From Abditibacterium sp. (GTDB lineage Bacteria; Armatimonadota; Abditibacteriia; Abditibacteriales; Abditibacteriaceae): a stretch of 64,000 nucleotides of DNA. The stretch lies in the NCBI GenBank assembly GCA_965246885.1, contig OZ251992.1, positions 1,568,001-1,632,000 on the forward strand. Reading direction: 5' to 3'. How positions within the stretch are numbered: the first letter of the stretch is position 1; each line of letters starts with the position of its first letter. Made by a program: the position numbers and the translations under genes. Positions 27,979 to 37,491 of this stretch are shown here, in pieces. A model generated the notes under the pieces. The model was not told the DNA's origin. It did not search any database and was given only the letters and a program-made list of their open reading frames with translations.

Positions 27979-28965
27979 ATGAACTCGCCCGACTTGCCCC
28001 TCTTCCCCCTCGCGTCGTGGGAATTGCCGCCCGATTCGACCGAGCCGTTGGTCGCCCCGGCGACGTTGCGATGGAGGGGGACTTTGTTTGGGCGGGAGAC
28101 GGATTGGTTGCTCAGACTGATACCGTCCAACGACTTGCTGGGCGAACTCTTTGTGCGCGCCGAGGACGAATCCGAAGCGGGCAGCTACTGGTTTGGAATC
28201 CAATTTATCATGCCGGACGAATGCCAACAGGTGGCCTCGTTGGAACATGAGATGAGATGGAACAGCAGTAGGGTTCCTCAGTGGAGGCGAATATTCTTCG
28301 AGCGAGCCTCGCAAAGCTACGGCGCAACCGCTAACTCAACGGAATTGGAAGTTTTCGTGGTCGGATGCCAAGCAGAAAGCGCCCGCCTTGAAGTGCGTTG
28401 GCCCTTCGAGTTCAACAACGCTTCTTCCGCTCAAGTGCGCGCCGCGATGCTGCGACATTGCGACGACGACTCCGATTTGGGTTTCGCCTGTCGTTGGTTG
28501 CTTCTGCCTCCCGGTGAAAAAGTGGCGATGGTCGTCCAATGGCAACGCGGGAATGAACTGGAACTACGCGCTCTGATGGGAGTTGTGCTGCGCGCGTTGG
28601 GGCCAACAATCTCGCCTTTCACGTTGGAGTGGCAATACCGCCCAGAGTCGAAAACATGGTTTATGGGCCAACATATAGATGAGGAGTGGTGGGAGCCGAT
28701 GGACGAGGGGCTGGCTTCTTGGGAGGACGCACTTCCAGAGTTCTTCGGCATAAGCTGGAACAACGAGCTGGCGGTCAAGCACCGGTGCGTGCGGATTTAC
28801 GAGAAAAGGGAGTTTGTAGAACGCTTCCAAGTCCTTTGCGTACCGCCCACCGCTCACGAACAACTCGAAGCCGCGCGGGAGCTTTCGATTTGGCTTGATG
28901 AACGCGCGGCGCGGCGGGAACTTGCGGCGGAACTGGTGGCGCGGTTGCGCGCGACATTGCGGTGA
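27979..28965 (+). CDS. Hypothetical Trp/Glu-rich protein of the 'P[ST]AHExxEA' family
   Basis: Fills the gap after lpdA; its C-terminal half resembles that of 37491..38501. Confidence 0.75.
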   Translation: MNSPDLPLFPLASWELPPDSTEPLVAPATLRWRGTLFGRETDWLLRLIPSNDLLGELFVRAEDESEAGSYWFGIQFIMPDECQQVASLEHEMRWNSSRVPQWRRIFFERASQSYGATANSTELEVFVVGCQAESARLEVRWPFEFNNASSAQVRAAMLRHCDDDSDLGFACRWLLLPPGEKVAMVVQWQRGNELELRALMGVVLRALGPTISPFTLEWQYRPESKTWFMGQHIDEEWWEPMDEGLASWEDALPEFFGISWNNELAVKHRCVRIYEKREFVERFQVLCVPPTAHEQLEAARELSIWLDERAARRELAAELVARLRATLR

Positions 28966-29015
28966 AAAATTCTCCCCTCCCGTGAACCTTTTCACCCCCA
29001 CCGGGAACTAAGAGG

Positions 29016-29654
29016 ATGGTGCAAAACGACGACGCGCGGCTAAGGCGAAGAATCGAACGCGGCGAGCGGGCGGCGTTCGAGGAGTGGCTCGACCGCGACG
29101 GGCCGCGCGTGCGGGCGCTTTGTCTTCGCATGGGCGCCGATGCGCACGAGGCCGACGACCTGACGCAAGAGATATGGGTCGCCGCGTTCGGGGCCATCGG
29201 TTCCTTTCGCGGCGACGCGGCGCTTTCGACGTGGGTGTATCGGCTCGCCATCAATCATTGCCTGAAATGGCGCGAGAAGGCGGGGCGCGCGGTGGTGCTA
29301 TCGGGCGAGGACGCCGAAACGCTCGACGTGCGGGCGCCCGATGAGGACGACTTGCCGCCGCGCCATTTGGAGCGGCTCGAACTGCGCGGCCAAGTGCGAA
29401 GCGCGCTCGATGCTCTGTCCGACGCGCACCGCGCCGTCGTGGTATTGCACGAACTGCACTACCTGACCTACGCGCAGTGCGCTCAGGCGCTGCAAATCCC
29501 CGTTGGAACCGTGAAATCGCGTTTGTTCCATGCTTTTGGCAAGTTGCGCCGCGAGCTTGGCCCCTACGTTCTGTCCGCCGAGGAGGGCGAAACCGGAGCG
29601 CCCGACCCCGTCGCGCGTTTTCCGGCGCCCGCGTGCGAAGGAGACCTCTCGTGA
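29016..29654 (+). CDS. ECF RNA polymerase sigma factor
   Basis: DDLTQEIW, FRGDAALSTWVYRLAIN and IPVGTVKSRL motifs; AGAGG RBS. Confidence 0.95.
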   Translation: MVQNDDARLRRRIERGERAAFEEWLDRDGPRVRALCLRMGADAHEADDLTQEIWVAAFGAIGSFRGDAALSTWVYRLAINHCLKWREKAGRAVVLSGEDAETLDVRAPDEDDLPPRHLERLELRGQVRSALDALSDAHRAVVVLHELHYLTYAQCAQALQIPVGTVKSRLFHAFGKLRRELGPYVLSAEEGETGAPDPVARFPAPACEGDLS

Positions 29655-30961
29655 CCCCATCCACCCACTGCCGCGCTTCCGAACGCGCCGATTTGAAAGC
29701 CTTTGCCGACCGCGAACTGCCCTTCCGGGAGCGTCGGAATGTCGCCCGTCATCTGCGCGGTTGCCCCGCGTGCCGCGAGGAGTTGCTTGCCATGACCAAT
29801 TTATCCACCGAACTGCGCGAAACCGCCGCGCCCGAAACCCCGCTCGCGCCCGAACTTCGCGCCCAAATCCTCGACCAGTTGCCCTCACCCGGCGCCCTTC
29901 TCGACGCGGAAGCCGTCCGCCGCAAGAAGCGCGTCGCTCGCAAGAAATTGGTGCTGGCGTTGGGCGCGTGCGCGGTTGCGGGCGTGCTGACGGTGAATTG
30001 GTTCGGTTCCGACGTGAAAAGCACCTTCAGCGCCGCCGCCCTTTCGTCGGGCGCGAGCGCGGATATGGCGGCGGAACCGATGAGTGCGGGTGGCGCTGGC
30101 TCTTTCTCGATGGGTGCGGGAGCCGTAAGTGCAGCCAAGGCGACTAACTCTTTCTCCAAAACCACCAAAGAACTCGCTGATGAGACCGCGAGTCAACGCG
30201 CGGCGGCTCCGAACACAGCAGAGGCGCCCGCCGCATCAGTCACAACATTCGACGCCCAACCCGATTCCGTCGTGCCCGCCGAGCGCGCGGTTCACCGGGA
30301 AGGTTCGCTCACGGTCGCCGTCGCCAACGCCGAAACTGCGAGCGACGACACGACGGCCATCATCAAGAACGCGGGCGGCTTTGTCGCGCAGAACTCGCTG
30401 CAAACCGGCGCGGGACAACACCGCACCGCCACGCTCGATTGTCGCGTGCCGGTGGATAAGTTTGAATTGGTCGTGTCGAAGGTCGGCGCCTTGGGAAGCG
30501 TGCGCGCCAAGTCGCTGAACGGGCAAGACATCACGGCGCAAGTCGCGGGGGCGGGCGCGCGCAGTCAGTCATTAGAAGGGGAGTTAGCAGTTGCCCAAGC
30601 GCGACTGGACAAGATTCAGCGCGCTAAAAAGCCCAACGCAGGCACGGTCTACGAGAGCCGCGCCGAAGTGCGGACGTTGCGCATGCAAGCGGCGCAGGCC
30701 CGCGCGCAGTTGGAAACGCTGCGCAAATACGGCTCGCTTGCATCCTTATATGTCTCGCTGCAAGAGGGCGCACCGCCCTTGGCGCAGAAGTCGAGTTGGG
30801 CCGACTCGCTTAGCCCCACCACGCGGGCGGCGTGGGACGCTTTCGGCAGCAACGCGCGCTTGCCGCTCCAGTTGGTGCTGTGGGTGTTGGCGTATGCGCC
30901 GCTTTGGTTGCCCGCGCTGTTGGTGTGGCGCAAGTGGGGACGCAAGTGGCTCGCGGAGTAA
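29651..30961 (+). CDS. zf-HC2 anti-sigma factor fused to a DUF4349-like domain
   Basis: GTGA overlap with the sigma stop; HLRGCPAC zinc motif, TM helix, GGFV...RVP..KF...QDIT pattern, C-terminal TM. Confidence 0.85.
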   Translation: MTPSTHCRASERADLKAFADRELPFRERRNVARHLRGCPACREELLAMTNLSTELRETAAPETPLAPELRAQILDQLPSPGALLDAEAVRRKKRVARKKLVLALGACAVAGVLTVNWFGSDVKSTFSAAALSSGASADMAAEPMSAGGAGSFSMGAGAVSAAKATNSFSKTTKELADETASQRAAAPNTAEAPAASVTTFDAQPDSVVPAERAVHREGSLTVAVANAETASDDTTAIIKNAGGFVAQNSLQTGAGQHRTATLDCRVPVDKFELVVSKVGALGSVRAKSLNGQDITAQVAGAGARSQSLEGELAVAQARLDKIQRAKKPNAGTVYESRAEVRTLRMQAAQARAQLETLRKYGSLASLYVSLQEGAPPLAQKSSWADSLSPTTRAAWDAFGSNARLPLQLVLWVLAYAPLWLPALLVWRKWGRKWLAE

Positions 30962-31009
30962 AGCGGCTTGACAGAGGGAAGGGCGAAAAGCGTGTTTGAC
31001 GCTTGAGCA

Positions 31010-32638
31010 ATGTCTTCTCCTTACCTGCGCCCATCGGCGTTGCTCCCTTGGTTCACCTTCGTGTGGGTGCCGCTACTGGCGGGGTTGTTCGCTTCGCCCG
31101 CGAGCGCACAGGGGCACGAAGCCGCTGCGTCGCCTTCGCCGTTGCCGCTACTTTTAGGGGCGGGTGTAGCGGGGATCGTCTTGGGCGCGGCGCTGGGTAT
31201 GGGACTAAAGAAGGCGCCGTCCGCGCCCGTTGTTGCCGCGAGCGAGCGGGACTATGTGTTTGACGAGGCGTCCGCGCCATTGTCGGTGGTAGATTCCAAG
31301 GAGCGCTTCGTGCGCGTCAATGGCGCGTGGGAGGCGCTGTTGCAAACCGAGGGCGCCGGGGGACGCGGGTTCATCTCGCTCGTTCATCCCGATGACGCGC
31401 CCGACGTGCGCGCGGGTGTCCTGTCGGTGTTCGAGGGCGAGACGCGCCTGTTCGAGCGCGAAACGCGCTTGTTCCGCCCCGACGAAAGCCTTGTGACCGC
31501 CCGCCTGAGTGCGCGCGCCCAAGGAGACAAGAAGAAGCCGGACACGGTGCTACTGGGCTTGCTGGATGTCGGCGAGTTGGTCGAGGCCAAGCGTGAACTG
31601 GCGGGCGCGAGGGCCGCGATTCGCTCCCTCTACGAAGTGATGGCGGGCGACAAAACCGCCAACTTGGACGCCAAAATTAAGTCGTTGCTGGCGATGGGGT
31701 GCGGGCGCTTGGAATTACCCATCGCCGCTTTGTCGCGCCGCGTGCGCGCCGAGGACGGCGGGGATGCGCTTGAAACGCTGTTCGTGCAATCGCCCGACCG
31801 CCGCGTGCGGCCCGCGCTGGTGCTGCGGCGCGGCGACACTTCGCCCGAAGGCCGCTTGCTCGGACTCGACGTGTTGCCGCTCGCGGGCGAGTGGCGCGAG
31901 TCGCCGTGCGTGGCGGCGGGCGAGGCGCTCACGTTTCTGGGTGCCCCGGTCGAAGTGGGCGGCGCGTGGTTCGGCTGGCTGTCGTTCGCTTCCCTTGAAA
32001 CGGGGCGCAGCGGCTTCGAGGCGAGCGAGGTCGAGCTATTGGGCTTGATGGCACAGTGGGTGGGGAATGAAATCGAGCGCGAAGAAGCGCGCCGCGAAGT
32101 GCAGCAGACGCAGTACGAGGTGCTCGCCGCCAACCAAAAGTTGGAATCACTCGCTACAGTTGACCCGCTCACCGAGGTCAAAAATCGCCGCGCTTTCGGC
32201 GACAAACTGCTCGAAGAATGGTCGCGCGCCACGCGCTACAACACGCCGCTTTCGCTCGTGCTCCTCGATATAGACACCGAAACCGACATAACCGCCACGA
32301 GCGATGCCGCCGTCAAGCACGTCGCCTGCGTCGTGGGTGATGCCATCCGCAACACCGATTTCCTTGCGCGCTACTGCGGCGGCCAGTTCGCCCTTTTGCT
32401 GCCCAACACCGAAGGAGAAGGAGCCTGCGTGCTCGCGGAACGCTTGCGCTCGCGCCTCGAACAAAGCGCGCCCGCGACCGGTGCGCTTACAGCCTCGGTG
32501 GGCGTGGCTTCGCTTGACACCGAAATGAAGAAAGCCGAAGACCTGCTTCACGCCGCCCAAGAAGCCCTGAGCGCAGGCCAAGAGCGCGGCCCCAATCGCG
32601 TCACCCGCGCCCACGAACTCGTGGGCGCGGCTTTGTAA
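31010..32638 (+). CDS. Membrane PAS-GAF-GGDEF protein with a degenerate GGDEF site
   Basis: VHPDD PAS motif, GAF-like segment, DPLTEVKNRRAF; the active-site motif reads RYCGGQF. Confidence 0.85.
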   Translation: MSSPYLRPSALLPWFTFVWVPLLAGLFASPASAQGHEAAASPSPLPLLLGAGVAGIVLGAALGMGLKKAPSAPVVAASERDYVFDEASAPLSVVDSKERFVRVNGAWEALLQTEGAGGRGFISLVHPDDAPDVRAGVLSVFEGETRLFERETRLFRPDESLVTARLSARAQGDKKKPDTVLLGLLDVGELVEAKRELAGARAAIRSLYEVMAGDKTANLDAKIKSLLAMGCGRLELPIAALSRRVRAEDGGDALETLFVQSPDRRVRPALVLRRGDTSPEGRLLGLDVLPLAGEWRESPCVAAGEALTFLGAPVEVGGAWFGWLSFASLETGRSGFEASEVELLGLMAQWVGNEIEREEARREVQQTQYEVLAANQKLESLATVDPLTEVKNRRAFGDKLLEEWSRATRYNTPLSLVLLDIDTETDITATSDAAVKHVACVVGDAIRNTDFLARYCGGQFALLLPNTEGEGACVLAERLRSRLEQSAPATGALTASVGVASLDTEMKKAEDLLHAAQEALSAGQERGPNRVTRAHELVGAAL

Positions 32639-32952
32639 AAGCAGTATTGCGGTTTTGCGGAGTTATAGCCCGTAAGAGGGAAATAGCCTCTTGCGACGCG
32701 GCGCAAAGCGTTCGTCTTGTTTGCCCCAGACCGCTGAAATAAGAGTTCTCACGCTTGGATTCCTCCTTTCAAGCGTAAAGGCACCGCGTCGTCTTCAAAA
32801 AGGCGTTCGCCTGCGTTTTGCCTCCACAAAGGCCATCTCCATGCTTTGTGCGAGGTAGAGCGGAGAGGCTGGCATTCCCTGAGAAAAACTTCCTTTTCTT
32901 GAAAGCCTGCGCCTCAAACCCGCCCCAGACTGTGGCACATAGATGCTCGGCA

Positions 32953-35900
32953 ATGAAACGATTCAACATTCTGCTACTTAGCACTCTTATATCAGTCATC
33001 GGCGCCGCGTGTGCGGTTTGTCCCGCGCAGGCGGCAACCGATCCAAGGACGGCTCCGGGCGAAGGCGCGGATTTGTGTATTAGCGGCGTCGGCACGGGTA
33101 ACGGCCAGTTCGACCGCTTGCGCGACATCACCTTTGGCACCGATGGGCGGCTTTACACTCTCGAAACCGCCGGGTCTGATTCGACCACCGCAGGCAACAT
33201 CGTCGGTCTTGGCCGCGTTCAAGTGTTCGATAATAGCGGGAAGTTCTTGAACTCCTTCTCGCTGGGCGCTGATGCGCAGGCCGCCAACGCCGTGACCGCC
33301 CAAAATCAAGATGGCCCGATGGCCGCCGCGCGCATCGCCGTTGACGGGCAAAACCGCGTCTACGTTTCGTTCCCCATTGCCGGATTGGTGCGCGTCTTTG
33401 GCACGGACGGGCGCAAACTGAACGACATCTCCTTTGTCGGCGCGCTGGCTTTGGCGTGCGCCAACGACGGGAAGATCATCGCCCTTGGCTCGCACGCGTT
33501 GATTCGCGGCGGCCACTGGGTTTGGGATGGCGGCGGTGCGTTCGCCGTTTTGACGCCATCGGGCATCCAGTCCACCACTCCCCTCTCGCAGCCGTTGTGG
33601 AACGTACTGGATGCCACCGTTGCGTCCAACGGCGATTTGCTGGTGTTGGCTGGGAGCGCGGCGGCCCAATACAATTGGAACCCGACCCCAGTCATTTGGC
33701 GTTACAATTCGTCGGGAACGCTGTTGTCATCGCTGGGTTCGGGCCACAACGTGCGCGCACAAGACGGCAGCGAGCCACTGCACTCGCTCGTCATCGGGCG
33801 CGACGGTGCCATCACCACGATGACATACGGCAACCCCGGCCCAATCGTGCGCTTTGCGGCGGACGGCAAAACCGTCGTTCGTCGTGCGGGACGCTTTTCG
33901 GGGCTGGATGTCTGGTGCCCATCCAGTGCTTACACCCCGCTCGCGCTTGACCCAAGCGGACGCTTGTGGGTGGGGATCGCGTATGCCAACAACCCCAAAG
34001 ACCTTCAAGTCAACACGCGTCACCAACGTCCCGCCGTGCTGCGAACCCAGACCAACTTCTTCGATTCCTCCCTGTTAGGCGTTGCGGTGTCCGATGTTCG
34101 CACCCTCGGCTTCACGCCTAAACTCAGTTCGCCCCTTCCCTTTAACATCGCTTATGAGGCCGGTAAGCCGATTCAAACGGTTGTGACCGTGCCCGCCGCC
34201 CGGCGCGCATTGGACTGGCTTCAAGCCTCCTTCCGCGTCTTCGATGTCAATGGGCGCGTCATCGCTTCCGGCGAGAAATCGCTTTCCTTGGTCAACGATC
34301 AGCCCTCGCAAGCCACCTTCGAGTGGACGCCTCCCACTTATGGGCCGTACACAGTCGTAGTGGATTACAATTCCAGCGCCGACGTGCTCAAGTCCCAAGT
34401 GCTTTATTACGGCGTCACACCGCGCTACGCGAGCCGCCCCGAAATGCGGGCGGGCGACTCGGTGGGCGGTTGGGAAGACCCGGTGCGCCAGAAATTTTGT
34501 GGCCTCGACTTGATGCGCTTGCATCTGGCCAAAGGCGACGCCAAATTGCTCGCGGACTTGGATGCCGCCAAGAAGAACGGGGTCATCGCGTTCGTGCAAA
34601 TGACCGATAAGGTGGCGGACTTCACACCCGAAAACGCCACGCGCCTCGCCAAACTCGTCAAAGGTCGCGGCGCCATTGTCGAACTATGCAACGAGCCGAA
34701 CCTCATCATGTCGGTCGCCGACTACGCAACCCGCGCCAAAGCCGCTTACAATGCCATCAAAGCCGTTGACCCGCAAATCCAAGTCGTTGGCCCCGCCATT
34801 TGCGGCATCAATCTGGGCTTCATCGAGGGCTACTATCAAGCCGGAGGCAAAGCCACCTGCGACATCCTATCGGTGCACGATTATGAAGGGCACGAATCCA
34901 TCACTGCCGAACATTGGAAGTGGAAATACGGTGCCCTACGCGCGCTGATGGCGAAATACGGTGATGCCCAAAAACCCGTGTGGCAAACCGAACGCGCCAT
35001 CTCCTCCGTGCGCGGCGGCTTGAACACCGGCCTAAGCCAAGCGATCCGCCTCACTTTGCACCGCGACTTGCTTAGCTCGCTCGGTGTGCCCGATAACCAC
35101 AACTCCCACTATTATCTCAATCAAGGCGGCTATTCGGACGTGCCCTCTTATGTGTGGTGCGACCTTGGCCCGCTTCCCGGCGCCCTCGCGGTGCGCACCC
35201 GCGCGGCTTTGATCGGTGAGCGCCCTTGGCAAAGCAGCTTGGATTTCGGCGCCGTCAGCAACTCCTTGTATGAGGGCGAGTGCTACCGCGACGCCACCGG
35301 CAGCACGCTCTCGCTGCGCAACCTCATCGGCGGCGTGCGCCCCCTGGACTTTGCCGTGACTCCCGGCACCGCCTTGAGCCTCTTCGATGCGTGGGGCAAC
35401 CCCCTCGACATCCCCGTCAAGGACGGCGTGTTAACCTTGCCCCTTGGCCAATTGCCGCTTTACGTCCAAATCACCGGGGCGGGCACCTTGGCGCCCAAAA
35501 CGTGGAAATGGGGACAAAACGTCGCGCTGGGCGCCAAGGTTTCGGTTCAGGGCACGAGCGTTGGCGATTTGTCCTTGCTCACCAATGGAATACTGGAAAG
35601 CATCCACGAGGGCGACCCCTTGGGTGGCACCGACGGCAAGAACATCGTGGAGTTGTCGGGCTTCTCGCCGCGTAATCCGGCCATCGTCGCGCTGCAATTG
35701 AAGACCCCGGCCTCCATCAACCGCGTCATCGTGCACGGCCTGAGCGCCGACAACGCCTTCGGCGCCCTGCGCGACTTCGACTTGGAAGTCCACACGGGCG
35801 GCGTTTGGAAGCGGGTCGCGCGCGGAGGAACGGCCATTCCGCCCACCGTTTTGGGCGAAAGCGGCGACGCCGGGGCGCTCACGTTCTACGCCAACGACAA

Positions 35901-36078
35901 CGCTTGGGCGATGGGCTTCGACCCGGTGGTGGCCGACGGCATCCGCCTCGTCATCCGCGATGCCACGCGCGGTTTCGAGCCGGACGAAGTCGGACGCGCC
36001 CAAGTCGTCAAAACGTGGGGCGGCGCCAACCCGCTCTGCGCCTCGCTCCGCGAAATCGAAGCGTATCTGGCCAACTGA
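32953..36078 (+). CDS. Secreted NHL/beta-propeller + clan GH-A (GH39/GH5-like) + discoidin-like protein
   Basis: ATG at 32953 with signal peptide; GTGNGQF..LRDI NHL motif; ELCNEP, SVHDY and VWQTE. Confidence 0.75.
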   Translation: MKRFNILLLSTLISVIGAACAVCPAQAATDPRTAPGEGADLCISGVGTGNGQFDRLRDITFGTDGRLYTLETAGSDSTTAGNIVGLGRVQVFDNSGKFLNSFSLGADAQAANAVTAQNQDGPMAAARIAVDGQNRVYVSFPIAGLVRVFGTDGRKLNDISFVGALALACANDGKIIALGSHALIRGGHWVWDGGGAFAVLTPSGIQSTTPLSQPLWNVLDATVASNGDLLVLAGSAAAQYNWNPTPVIWRYNSSGTLLSSLGSGHNVRAQDGSEPLHSLVIGRDGAITTMTYGNPGPIVRFAADGKTVVRRAGRFSGLDVWCPSSAYTPLALDPSGRLWVGIAYANNPKDLQVNTRHQRPAVLRTQTNFFDSSLLGVAVSDVRTLGFTPKLSSPLPFNIAYEAGKPIQTVVTVPAARRALDWLQASFRVFDVNGRVIASGEKSLSLVNDQPSQATFEWTPPTYGPYTVVVDYNSSADVLKSQVLYYGVTPRYASRPEMRAGDSVGGWEDPVRQKFCGLDLMRLHLAKGDAKLLADLDAAKKNGVIAFVQMTDKVADFTPENATRLAKLVKGRGAIVELCNEPNLIMSVADYATRAKAAYNAIKAVDPQIQVVGPAICGINLGFIEGYYQAGGKATCDILSVHDYEGHESITAEHWKWKYGALRALMAKYGDAQKPVWQTERAISSVRGGLNTGLSQAIRLTLHRDLLSSLGVPDNHNSHYYLNQGGYSDVPSYVWCDLGPLPGALAVRTRAALIGERPWQSSLDFGAVSNSLYEGECYRDATGSTLSLRNLIGGVRPLDFAVTPGTALSLFDAWGNPLDIPVKDGVLTLPLGQLPLYVQITGAGTLAPKTWKWGQNVALGAKVSVQGTSVGDLSLLTNGILESIHEGDPLGGTDGKNIVELSGFSPRNPAIVALQLKTPASINRVIVHGLSADNAFGALRDFDLEVHTGGVWKRVARGGTAIPPTVLGESGDAGALTFYANDNAWAMGFDPVVADGIRLVIRDATRGFEPDEVGRAQVVKTWGGANPLCASLREIEAYLAN

Positions 36079-36107
36079 AGCGTCGGCGCCAGTGTGAGGA
36101 GTTGCAA

Positions 36108-36140
36108 AAAGACCCTCCCCGCGATGCGGGGAGGGTCTTT
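36108..36140 (+). terminator. Intrinsic terminator-like hairpin
   Basis: AAAGACCCTCCCCGC-GAT-GCGGGGAGGGTCTTT. Confidence 0.75.
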
Positions 36141-36160
36141 GCGCGAGTGGGTCGCCGTGT

Positions 36161-36194
36161 AAACTCCCTCTCCCGCACGCGGGAGAGGGAGTTT
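36161..36194. terminator. Second hairpin between the convergent genes (terminator or REP-like)
   Basis: AAACTCCCTCTCCCGC-AC-GCGGGAGAGGGAGTTT. Confidence 0.65.
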
Positions 36195-36200
36195 GTTTCC

Positions 36201-37292
36201 TTACCGTCCCTGACCCGACTGATACGCCGCACCCGATTGGCGCAACTCCGCGCGCGAAGCGGGAACCAACGACAAGGCGGCGGAGTGTGTCGCGGGGCTT
36301 GTGGTGGACGCGCTAAGCACACGCAAGCGCACCCAGTCCACGTCCACCGAGTAAGTCTGGCTGGCGGCGGCGGTCGCGGCGGGTTGGAGCGTGTCGCTAT
36401 ACGCATCGACCCAGCCGCCAACGGCTGGCGAGGACGCTGCCCAAATGTTGAAGCGCACACCCATCGGATCGTTGGGCAGGGGGCCTGCGGTAGGTGGATC
36501 ACTGCGAATCAGTTGGTCGTTGATGAACCACTGCACCTGCGTCGCTTGCCACACCATGCGGTAGGTGTTCCACCCGCTCGGATTATAGTTGGGGGGAAAG
36601 CGATTGGACAGGCCATTAGTTCTGCTCTTGTCGCCGTAATTATCGCCGGAGGGAAAGCCGGGTTGCGGAATACGGAAATCGTTGTAGATGTTTGTCCACG
36701 TGTACGGCTTCGCGGCGGCGAAGGAGGTGGTAAGCAGTTCGTGATCTATCTCGTCAAACGAATATGGCGGCGTGCCACCGAAGCTGCCGTTCGGGTTGGC
36801 GCCGAACGCGAAAAAGCCACCGACCAGACCCTGTTGTTCCGGGTTGGACACGCGGATGCGCGCTTCGTAAACGATGCCCGCGCCGGAGAGGGGAACTTTC
36901 TGATTGGCCGCGACTTCCGTCCCAAAGAACTGGCGCGTTCCTTGGGCGCGCGCGGCGCCGTCGGGCAAAAAGGTGTCTAACTTCACGCGCATAAAGCGTG
37001 TGCCATCGGTGTCTTGGCCAAAGTCCGGTTGGTTGCCAAACTCGGTGCGCTGGATGGTGCTGTCGGTGCCGAGCGTCGTCCACTTCGCGGTGTCGAGCGC
37101 GCCCGCGTTGAACTCGTCCGAAAAAACCGTGCCCGGAATGGGCGTAGGAGTCGGCGTAGCAGTAGGGCCGGGTGTGGCCGTCGGGACAGATGTCCCGCCA
37201 CCGCCACCACCACAGCCCGCGACGAGCAACGCGCCGCCCAGCAACAATGCACCCGGCGCGAGCGCCAGACGAACAAGAGGGTTAGAAAACAT
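36201..37292 (-). CDS. GH16 family lipoprotein
   Basis: ATG at 37292, lipobox VAGC, FSDEFN, catalytic EIDHE, VDVDWVR. Confidence 0.85.
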   Translation of the reverse strand: MFSNPLVRLALAPGALLLGGALLVAGCGGGGGGTSVPTATPGPTATPTPTPIPGTVFSDEFNAGALDTAKWTTLGTDSTIQRTEFGNQPDFGQDTDGTRFMRVKLDTFLPDGAARAQGTRQFFGTEVAANQKVPLSGAGIVYEARIRVSNPEQQGLVGGFFAFGANPNGSFGGTPPYSFDEIDHELLTTSFAAAKPYTWTNIYNDFRIPQPGFPSGDNYGDKSRTNGLSNRFPPNYNPSGWNTYRMVWQATQVQWFINDQLIRSDPPTAGPLPNDPMGVRFNIWAASSPAVGGWVDAYSDTLQPAATAAASQTYSVDVDWVRLRVLSASTTSPATHSAALSLVPASRAELRQSGAAYQSGQGR

Positions 37293-37407
37293 AGGATCCA
37301 AAAAGTCAGGCGCCTTAGTTTGGCGCGCAAGCGCGCCCCTTCGCCATTGACTCAGAGAAGTATCCCCGTGAACGAGATTGGCCGCCGCTCCAATCACCGC
37401 CCTCTGT

Positions 37408-37491
37408 CACTCGCCGACACACGCGCGCCACCGACTGACACACGCGCGCCACCGAGCGACACACGCGCGCCGACGAGCGACAGACCTCCGT
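37408..37491. repeat. 4 x 21-bp tandem units abutting the stop codon of 37491..38501
   Basis: CACTCGCCGACACACGCGCGC, CACCGACTGACACACGCGCGC, CACCGAGCGACACACGCGCGC, CGACGAGCGACAGACCTCCGT. Confidence 0.9.

Noticed and set aside
32639..32952. ncRNA or c-di-GMP riboswitch in a long intergenic region
   Set aside because: Only weak hairpins (e.g. about 32821-32857) and no GEMM consensus; cannot be supported.
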